From Bdellovibrionales bacterium (GTDB lineage Bacteria; Bdellovibrionota; Bdellovibrionia; Bdellovibrionales; UBA1609), in the NCBI GenBank assembly GCA_965205945.1, contig CBDBIB010000003.1:64001-128000 (forward strand): DNA of 64,000 nt, written 5' to 3'. Below, piece by piece: positions 32,640 through 42,000 of this stretch (the stretch's first letter is position 1; each line of letters opens with the position of its first letter). Below the pieces are notes generated by a model. It worked only from the letters and a program-made list of their open reading frames with translations, was not told the DNA's origin and made no database searches. A program made the translations under genes and the position numbers.

Positions 32640-33122
32640 ATGGCATTAAAGTTTAAGAAATCTCAAGCTATGTGTTTATATGAAAGTATTATTATTATGA
32701 ATCCTACGGCTTTAGAAGAAGAACAAAAGGCTTTATTTAAAAAAAATAAAGAAATTATACAAAGCTTTGGAGGATCGGTTTACTCTGTAGAAATTTGGGG
32801 AAAACGTCCTCTTGCAAATCATATTAAAAAACATCAGATGGGAACGTACTTTCATAGTTATTTTACTGCAGGACCTGATGTTATTGTTGAACTTGAAAGA
32901 ACTATGAAAAACAATGAGAAAGTTTTAAGATACATGCACTCAGGGCTTAATGGAGCTCAATCTATTGAAAAACATGCTGAGAATTTTAAGCAAATCTTAA
33001 AAGAATCTACTGAGAGAGTGCAAGAGGCTGAACTTAGAATGCAGAAAAAAAGAGCCGCACGTACACAAAGAGGATCAAATAAAGGTCGTGAAAGTGGGGG
33101 CAATAGTTATGAGAGACTTTAA
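32640..33122 (+). CDS. rpsF: 30S ribosomal protein S6
   Basis: YESIIIMNP, WGKRPLA and ELER...VLRY. SD AGGAG precedes ATG 32640. Confidence 0.93.
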   Translation: MALKFKKSQAMCLYESIIIMNPTALEEEQKALFKKNKEIIQSFGGSVYSVEIWGKRPLANHIKKHQMGTYFHSYFTAGPDVIVELERTMKNNEKVLRYMHSGLNGAQSIEKHAENFKQILKESTERVQEAELRMQKKRAARTQRGSNKGRESGGNSYERL

Positions 33123-33136
33123 AAGAGGTATTTGAA

Positions 33137-33598
33137 ATGAAAGTTATATTAAATCAAGATGTTAAAAATTTGGGGAAAATTGGTGAAATGGTTCTTGTTA
33201 AGGCTGGTTATGCTAGGAATTTTCTTTTCCCAAGAAAACTTGCTTGTGAAGCTACAGAAAAACGAATTAAAGAATTTAAACACCTTCAATCAGTAGCACA
33301 AGTTCAACAAGCAAAAGCTATTGAAGGAAGAAAAGAGACACTTTTAAAAATTCAAGGTCAAACAGTTCTGTTTTACGTTGAAGCAAGCTCTGATGAACAA
33401 TTGTTTGGATCTATAGGAGCTCTTGATATTTGTAGAAAACTTGAAGAAATAGGTTTTTTAGTAGATAAAAAAGATATTGTATTAGAAGATGTGATTAAAG
33501 TTTTAGGCCAACACAAAGCTAAAGTGGTATTTGGCAAAGACCTTGAAGCTGAAATTACAATCTCTGTTGGAAGAAAAATTAAAGAAGAAAAGGCCTAA
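33137..33598 (+). CDS. rplI: 50S ribosomal protein L9
   Basis: MKVIL...VKAGYARNFLFP and LFGSI. Confidence 0.97.
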   Translation: MKVILNQDVKNLGKIGEMVLVKAGYARNFLFPRKLACEATEKRIKEFKHLQSVAQVQQAKAIEGRKETLLKIQGQTVLFYVEASSDEQLFGSIGALDICRKLEEIGFLVDKKDIVLEDVIKVLGQHKAKVVFGKDLEAEITISVGRKIKEEKA

Positions 33599-33649
33599 TA
33601 CTTTAGGATATGTAAAATAAGGAAGGCTTAAAGTTTTTAATAAAACATT

Positions 33650-34138
33650 TGCTAAAAAACTTTAAATCTTAACTAAAGTTTCATAAGGACCCTTCTTCTT
33701 TAGCTTTATCGTCACTAATAAAGACGCTTAAAAAACAATAAACTCTCTGCCGCTAGCTCTGATTTATTCTTACTTAAATCCCAGGCCTTCTTAAACCTTC
33801 TTCTGGCATCCATCATACACCCAAACCTTAGAGCTAAATCTTTTTCAATCTGGTTACAATAAGAATGCTCATCTGCTTATAAAACTCCAGTATAACCCCC
33901 TAAAAGCCTCTCACCCCAGGACTTCTCTTTTTTTCTCCTAAAACTTCAACCCTAGTTTCATCAATTCCTATATAATCTTCATCAAACATTCGCTCTTCTA
34001 AAACATTATAAAGAGGCATCAGTTTTCTAGAAATATTTATCAGCCAACTTGCTATCACTCCTCTTTTTAATGTGATCCCATAAAGTTTATACAGATCTTC
34101 TAGCCTATAAAGTGGAAGATGCTGAAAGTATTTACTAA
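33650..34138 (-). pseudogene. IS66-family TnpC transposase remnant, truncated by IS982
   Basis: SKYFQHLPLYR and IDETRVEVL. In a shifted frame: GYTGVL*ADEHS and FGCMMDARRRF (cf. GCWAHARRKF). Left boundary approximate. Confidence 0.75.
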
Positions 34139-35159
34139 ACCCGAGTTCGGACTTTTCCAAGAATCTAAGTATAAATAAAAGATCACCTTAAGCCTTTTGT
34201 AAGATGTAGTTTTTTTTTAATCTGATCTGAAAAAAGGAGCTGGGAATGATTAAAGAGAACCAAATTATAGAGATTTTTACTCTTGTTGACGATTTTATTT
34301 TAGGACTAAATTACGAGCAGCGCAAACTCACACCCGGCAAAAGGAAGAGGGAGTTTTCCCCCTGCGTTATCTGAATCTAAAGTTATCACAATTTGTTTGT
34401 TATTCCAGTTTTCTGGTTTTAGAAATTTTAAAGCTTTTTATATAGGCTATGTTTTAAAATTTCTAAAACCTTATTTCCCAAAACTCTTGTCCTATAATAG
34501 GTTTGTAGAACTTAAAAAATATTGAGCACCTTAACTCTTTATTTTCCTAAACTCACTCATGGAATCAAATTACAGGAATATCTATTCTAGACTCAAGCCC
34601 CGTGAGTGTTTGTAACAACAAAAGAATCAGTCGCCATAAAACCTTTAAGGGGCTTTGAAAACGTAAAAAATTAACAATGGGCTGGTTCTCTTTAGTTTTA
34701 AAGTTCATATCATTATTTCTCATAAAGAAGAGCTCCTAAACTTCACTATGACCCCAGGAAACGTCCATGATACAAAACCTTTAGAGAATCTTACAGATGG
34801 TTTGTTTGGAAAGCTTTTTGGAGATAAGGGGTATATCTTAAAAGAACCTCTTTAAAAAAAACTTATGGCTAAAGGTGTTTAAGTTAATTACTAATTTAAA
34901 ATCAAATATGAAAAATAAGTTTGTACCACTTTTTGATAAACTTTTACTGAGAAAAAGATATATTGTTAAGACTGTTTTAGGAATTTTAAAGGAAGAGTTT
35001 CACATTGAACACTCTTAACATCAAAGTCTTAAAAAACTTTATAGTGAATCTTTTATCAGCATTAACTGCATATTGTCTGCGTCCTTTTAAACCAGCAATA
35101 CGTGCTTAAACCCATGAAAATAGAGTGTTAAACCAGATTTAAAAAGTCCCAACTCGGGT
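34139..35159 (+). mobile_element. IS982-family element with inactivated transposase
   Basis: Terminal IRs ACCCGAGTTCGGACTTTT (34139) and reverse complement ACCCGAGTTGGGACTTTT (ends 35159), 17/18 match, ~1.02 kb. Fragments EIFTLVDDF, FPKLLSYNRFVEL, LFGDKGY and LLRKRYIV are broken by stops and frameshifts. Confidence 0.88.
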
Positions 35160-35183
35160 TATATAAGAAACAGCTTCTAAAAG

Positions 35184-35310
35184 AACTTAACTCTTGTTAA
35201 TGGCGACTTAACTACACATGTTACTAATATGAGCCATATGCATTGAGTAATGCAGCTTTAACAACCCCCTAACATCTCTGGTTGGAATACTTTTAAAGTT
35301 ATTAATATGG
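35184..35310 (+). pseudogene. Degenerate relic of a DUF285/BspA-like repeat segment paralogous to ~41962-42085
   Basis: aacttaactcttgttaatgg...acatgttactaatatgagc...atgcagcttta...tgg aligns by eye to the start of the repeat array in the giant gene. Confidence 0.75.
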
Positions 35311-35329
35311 ATGGTGTACTTTTACAAAA

Positions 35330-35357
35330 CATGCCGATAAGGAGGATTATGTTACTA
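35330..35357 (+). other. dif-like XerC/XerD site (left)
   Basis: catgccgATAA-ggagga-TTATGTTActa has the 11-6-11 layout of E. coli dif GGTGCGCATAA-TGTATA-TTATGTTAAAT. Confidence 0.7.
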
Positions 35358-35870
35358 CGTCTGCTTTTAACCACATTATATTTAAGTTTGAAAAGCTGAT
35401 TTTAATTATAAAAGTGCTTAGACTGTAAATTTCTTTATAAAATTATTATGTTTCAATAATAATTACGTTTATTATTAACAAGATAAGGACTGCTTTAGAA
35501 TAATTACTCTATAAAAATATTTAATATTTAAAATATTCTTTTTTAATATCGCTTTAGATATTAAATAATCTTTATATTATACATATGCTGTTATTTTAAC
35601 CAGCATCTAAGTTTAAAAGCTTATTAAGATAACAGCATATGTATTATATAAAGATATTTAAATCTAATATTTAAAAAGCGAATATTAAATATTAAGTTTT
35701 TTTTAAAGTATTTATTTGTATAGCAGTCCTTATTATTTAAATAAGAAAATCTTGTTAATTGAAACGTAACTAATTTTGCAACATTTTTATGTTATAAAGA
35801 AATTTACACTTAAGCACCATAGTTAAAATCAGCAGGTCAAACTCAAAAATAATGTGGTTTTAAGCAGAAA

Positions 35871-35898
35871 TAGTAACATAATCCTCCTTATCGGCATC
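35871..35898 (-). other. dif-like XerC/XerD site (right, inverted)
   Basis: Minus strand gatgccgATAA-ggagga-TTATGTTActa; 8/11 identity to each E. coli dif arm; same 6-bp spacer as the left site. Confidence 0.7.
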
Positions 35899-36003
35899 TC
35901 ATACAAAAGCACAGATTTTAAATGAAAATAAAAATGTAGAATTAGAGCTAAAAAACTATTTAATTCCCTCTAATTGTTAAGCTTTTCATCCGAAATATAC
36001 AAT

Positions 36004-39000
36004 ATGTATAGAGTATATGACTTATTAAAAAATTTCATAGAAATAAGTGTGAAAGCTCTAACTTTCTTCACAATTTTACTATTAACTCCCCATTCTCTAG
36101 CCACCCCAAGTTCTTTTGTTTTTCAAGGCCAAATTGTAAAACCCAATGGAGACGCTTTAGAAGAAAATAATGTCAGCTTTCTTGTTCAAGTTTTATCCTC
36201 CATGGATCATTGTCTTCTTTACGAAGAAAGTTTTAATCTTAATATGATAGGATCAAAGGGAGTTTTTAACTTAAACGTTGGGTCTGGAATAAACACAGGA
36301 AATGGAGGCTTAACAAATTTATCTAAAGCTTTAGACAATTCTTTTTTAAACAATAAAAGTCTTAGTTGTGCCTTTGGGTCTTCATACACTCCAACCTTAA
36401 ACGATACAAGAAGGCTTAGAGTAACTTTTGATCATGGCAGCGGCCCTCTTACTTTAACAAATGATCATATAATTCACAGTGTGCCCTATGCTCAGTATGC
36501 CGGCAAACTTGGTGGAAAAGCTGTTAATGATTTTATTCAAGTAAGTCGTGGTGTTACTCAAAGCAATTTAGAGACCGTGTTTGATAATGATGCCAATCAA
36601 AGAGAGCTTATGGCTTTAATTAATGGCAGCTCTAATCAATACTCCCCATTAAGCATCAGTGGAGCTAGCTCTTTACCGAGTTTTTCAAGCTCTCATCCAC
36701 CACCTAATTCTCAGGCAGGAGATATTTGGTATAACTCTACAAATAATCAAATCATGTACTACAATGGATCAGCAGCCACTGTTGTTGGTAAAGGTAGTGG
36801 AACTGTAACCAGTATTACAGCAGGAAGTGGCTTAAGTGGTGGAACCATTACAAACAGTGGTACAATTTTAATTGCACCAGGGGGTGTTTTAAACAGTCAT
36901 CTTGCAAGTGGTATTCATGCAAATAAAATCACAAGTGGAATTCTACCAAGCTCAGTGGTTCCCACAGGAACTGACAATACAAAACTTCCTCTTACAGGAG
37001 GGGTTTTATTAGGTGACCTTAATCTTAATAATAATCAGATTCTAAACACAAGTCATATTATGCAAAACCCAGGAAGTACCATGACCTTAGGTTCTTATAC
37101 GAATTTAGAAGAAGTTAGTCTTTTAGGATCTATGAACATGAGCAATGCTGGGGCTACTTGGTACAATAGTGACTCTGGAGCGCTTAAGTATTGGAATGGT
37201 GTTAGCTTAGAAGTTTTAAGCACCTTAAGTAGTGCATCAAGTGTTTTAGTCAATGCTCCTTTAACCTCTTCAGGTGGTAGCAACCCAACAATAAGCATCA
37301 ACCTTGGTAGGGGTTTATACAACAACAGTGGAAACATAGATTTAGATTTAGATTCTTCTGGGGGTTTAGAGTTTAATATAAATAAATTAAAAGTAAAAGT
37401 AGGAAGTGGTTTAAAAATTACGCCAAGGGGTTTAGAAGCAGATATAGGAAGTGGTTTAGGACAGCTCATGCAAGTGGACACTCTTCCTGTGTGTACTAGT
37501 GGGGAAAAGATTCAACGAAACCCTGGTGCTATAATAAGCTATTCTTGCGTGGCTGATATTGATACAGACACAGACACAAGTCTTTTAGGAAGCCAGGCTC
37601 AAGGGGATCTTACAGGAACCTACCCAAACCCTAGTCTTACACCAACGGGTGTAACCCAAGGGGCGTACCCAAAAGTTAGAGTTGATGTTAAAGGAAGAGT
37701 GGTTGAGGGTTTAAGTTTATTAAAATCTGATATACCAGATTTAAATGGAGAAAAGATCACTTCAGGAACCATTAGCACAGCTAGATTAGATGTTGGCACA
37801 GGGAGCAATCAGCTTATTAAGCTTGATAGCTCTTTAAGACTGCCTGCTGTTGATGGAAGTCGGCTTATAAACTTACCAAGTAGTGCTGATAATATGGGAG
37901 ATAGCGTAGCTCGATTAAATATAAATCTTAACCAAAATTATTTAAGTGGAGACGGTGATAATGAGGGAATTATTATTGATGCTAGTGGAAGGGTTGGAGT
38001 TGGTAAGGCTAGTCCTGAGGCTTTATTAGACGTTGCTGGAACAGCAAGAATAACACAAATTTGTGATGAAAGAGGAGCAAATTGTAAGGATGTGTCTGAA
38101 GGTTGGAGTTTAGCAAGTCTGGCGGCAAACACGGTGACCTACACTCCATTTGGAAACATTCAGGCTACAGATGTAGAAGGTGCACTTAATGAACTTGAAT
38201 CTAGAAAAGCTCCAATAACTAGAACTATTAGAACGGCTTTAAACAGTGGATTAAGTGGAGGTGGAGATTTATCGACTAATAGAAGTTTAAGTGTAGACAT
38301 TAACAAAACTACAGAAAAAACTACGGCTGATTCTTTAGACAGTGTTTTAATATATGATGTTTCTCAAAGTAGTCTTAAAAAAATAACACATTCAAACTTT
38401 TTAAACGGTTATTTAAAAGCTTCTTTAGGAAAAAGTCGAGGCAACGCAATGGATGCTGGTGGGGTGCCTAGTTGTGAAAGCAATGAAAAACTTCAAATGA
38501 GTAATGGCCCTATTTATTCCTGGTCATGTGAAGTTGATCAAAACACAAGTCTTTTAGGAAGCCAGGCTCAAGGGGATCTTACAGGAACCTACCCAAACCC
38601 TAGTCTTATACCAACGGGTGTAACCCCAGGGACGTACTCAAAAGTTAGAGTTGATGTTAAAGGAAGAGTGGTTGAGAGTTTAAGTTTATCAGAAAATGAT
38701 ATACCAGATTTAAATGGAGAAAAAATCACTTCAGGAACCATTAGCACAGCTAGATTAGATGTTGGCACAGGGAGCAATCAGCTTATTAAGCTTGATAGCT
38801 CTTTAAGACTGCCTGCTGTTGATGGAAGTCGGCTTATAAACTTACCAAGCAGTGCTGATAATATGGGAGATGGTATAGCTCGATTAAATATAAGTCTTAA
38901 CCAAAATTATTTAAGTGGAGACGGTGATAATGAGGGAATTATTATTGATGCTAGTGGAAGGGTTGGGGTTGGTAAGGCTAGTCCTGAGGCTTTATTAGAC

Positions 39001-42000
39001 GTTGCTGGAACAGCAAGAATAACACAAATTTGTGATGAAAGAGGAGCAAATTGTAAGGATGTGTCTGAAGGTTGGAGTTTAGCAAGTCTGGCGGCAAACA
39101 CAGTGACCTACACTCCATTTGGAAACATTCAGGCTACAGATGTAGAAGGTGCACTTAATGAACTTGAATCTAGAAAAGCTCCAATAACTAGAACTATTAC
39201 AACGGCTTTAAACAGTGGATTAAGTGGAGGTGGAGATTTATCAACTAATAGAAGTTTAAGTGTAGACATTAACAAAACTACAGAAAAAACTACGGCTGAT
39301 TCTTTAGACAGTGTTTTAATGTATGATGTTTCTCAAAGTAGTCTTAAAAAAATAACACATTCAAACTTTTTAAACGGTTATTTAAAAGCTTCTTTAGGAA
39401 AAAGTCGAGGCAACGCAATGGATGCTGGTGGGGTGCCTAGTTGTGAAAGCAATGAAAAACTTCAAATGAGTAACGGCCCTATTTATTCCTGGTCATGTGA
39501 AGTTGATCAAAACACAAGTCTTTTAGGAAGCCAGGCTCAAGGGGATCTTACAGGAACCTACCCGAACCCTAGTCTTATACCAACGGGTGTAACCCCAGGG
39601 ACGTACCCAAAAGTTAGAGTTGATGTTAAAGGAAGAGTGGTTGAGGGTTTAAGTTTATTAAAATCTGATATACCAGATTTAAATGGAGAAAAGATCACTT
39701 CAGGAACCATTAGCACAGCTAGATTAGATGTTGGCACAGGGAGTAATCAGCTTATTAAGCTTGATAGCTCTTTAAGACTGCCTGCTGTTGATGGAAGTCG
39801 GCTTATAAACTTACCAAGCAGTGCTGATAATATGGGAGATGGTATAGCTCGATTAAATATAAATCTTAACCAAAATTATTTAAGTGGAGACGGTGATAAT
39901 GAGGGAATTATTATTGATGCTAATGGAAGGGTTGGAGTTGGTAAGGCTAGTCCTGAGGCTTTATTAGACGTTGCTGGAACAGCAAGAATAACACAAATTT
40001 GTGATGAAAGAGGAGCAAATTGTAAGGATGTGTCTGAAGGTTGGAGTTTAGCAAGTCTGGCGGCAAACACGGTGACCTACACTCCATTTGGAAACATTCA
40101 GGCTACAGATGTAGAAGGTGCACTTAATGAACTTGAATCTAGAAAAGCTCCAATAACTAGAACTATTAGAACGGCTTTAAACAGTGGATTAAGTGGAGGC
40201 GGAGATTTATCAACTAATAGAAGTTTAAGTGTAGACATTAACAAAACTACAGAAAAAACTACGGCTGATTCTTTAGACAGTGTTTTAATGTATGATGTTT
40301 CTCAAAGTGGTCTTAAAAAAATAACACATTCAAACTTTTTAAACGGTTATTTAAAAGCTTCTTTAGGCACAAGTCGAGGCAACGCAATGGATGCTGGTGG
40401 GGTGCCTAATTGTGAAAGCAATGAAAAACTTCAAATGAGTGAAGGTCCTATTTATTTATGGTCATGTGTGACAGACACAAGTCTTTTAGGAAGCCAGGCT
40501 CAAGGGGATCTTACAGGAACCTACCCGAACCCTAGTCTTATACCAACGGGTGTAACCCAAGGGACGTACCCAAAAGTTAGAGTTGATGTTAAAGGAAGAG
40601 TGGTTGAGGGTTTAAGTTTATTAAAATCTGATATACCAGATTTAAATGGAGAAAAGATCACTTCAGGAACCATTAGCACAGCTAGATTAGATGTTGGCAC
40701 AGGGAGCAATCAGCTTATTAAGCTTGATAGCTCTTTAAGACTGCCTGCTGTTGATGGAAGTCGGCTTATAAACTTACCAAGCAGTGCTGATAATATGGGA
40801 GATGGCAGGGCTCGATTAAATATAAATCTTAACCAAAATTATTTAAGTGGAGACGGCGATGATGAAGGAATCACTATTAACAATAATGGTGATGTTTCTG
40901 TCTCTGGAAGCATTTCTACTCCAGGATCTATTAGTACATCTACTGTTACATTTTTAAAAAAAGTTGGAACAGTTACAACCCCTTGTGACAGTTTAACTGA
41001 GGGTACTTTAAGGTATAATTCTTTAGGAAAAAAACTGGAGTTTTGCGATGGGGTAGTGTGGAAAACTTTTTTAAGTAACAATGATCCAACAATTTCTATT
41101 ACAAACTCTTTAAGTGGATCTTACATTAATTCTATTAATGAGGGGGGTTTTAGGGTTTTAGGAACATGTTCTGAAGATGGTGAGCTTATCACATTTTCAC
41201 ATGGTACAAGCTTTATTACTTGTTCTAATAAAAGCTTTAGTGGTGATATTGATTTTTCAAGCCTAAGTGATGGTCCACTTTCACTAACTGCTAGTATCAC
41301 AAACATTGCTGGAAATTCTAAAACTTCAGGTGTTTTAAATCTAATAAAAGATACTAAACCCCCTATTGTCAGTATTGGAAGCCATATAATAAGCAGTTCA
41401 AATTCTATAGACTTTCCCATAACTGTAAGCCAAGACTTTAGTAGTATAAACCTAGAAAAGAGCAATGTCAGCCTTACTGGAGCTACTACAGGTTGCACAG
41501 TTTTAGTAACAAATGGAACAACTATTAATCCAAGTATTAGGATTTCAGACTGCAGTGATGAAACCGGAAATATTCAAATTACAATCGCCTCTGGTGTTGC
41601 ACAAGATGCAGCCGGAAACCTGTCTGATGTAGTTAGTTTAAGCACTGAAATACAAAATTTAGGAACCCCTTTTACAGCTAAATTTAGTATTTATGGTAGT
41701 GATTTAAATTTAAATCTTAGGTTAAATTCTTCTTATACATATAACTTTATGGTTCATTGGGGGGATGGAACCTCGGGAGTTGTTACTTCATCAAGTGATT
41801 TAGATAAAAATCATACTTATTCATCTTCAGGGACTTATATAGTTAAAATCACTGGGCGCTGCCCATATCTTAACTTTCGTGATAGCGAGCAAATAATTGA
41901 GGTTACAGAATTAGGAGACACAGGGTGGGAAAGTTTTAGTCATATGTTTTATAAAGCAGATAACTTAACTCTTGTTAATGGTGGCTCAACTAGACATGTT

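Larger units (their letters stand above)
35330..35898. repeat. ~570-bp imperfect inverted repeat (fold-back rod), centre ~35610
   Basis: 27-bp perfect IR at 35331-35357 and 35871-35897. Matching blocks continue inward (aaccacatta, gctgattttaa, tgtaaatttctttataa, ttacgttt, ataaggactgct, atacatatgctgttat) to a ~25-nt apical loop. Confidence 0.95.

Noticed and set aside
33900..34160. 86-aa ORF as an intact gene
   Set aside because: Its first codons come from the IS982 left IR fused to an IS66 tnpC fragment.
35184..35310. DGR template repeat for the adhesin tip
   Set aside because: No reverse transcriptase in the window; differences include indels and non-adenine changes; the match is to the start of the array, not a C-terminal variable region.
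35331..35340. GCCGATAA as a sigma-28 -10 box at both palindrome ends
   Set aside because: Neither copy has a TAAA/TTAAG -35 at the correct spacing; the 11-6-11 dif parse explains more of the conserved bases.
35330..35898. Ordinary MITE or rho-independent terminator
   Set aside because: Complementarity spans the whole element rather than short termini, no target duplication is seen, the ends do not match the adjacent IS982 IRs, and it is far too long for a terminator.
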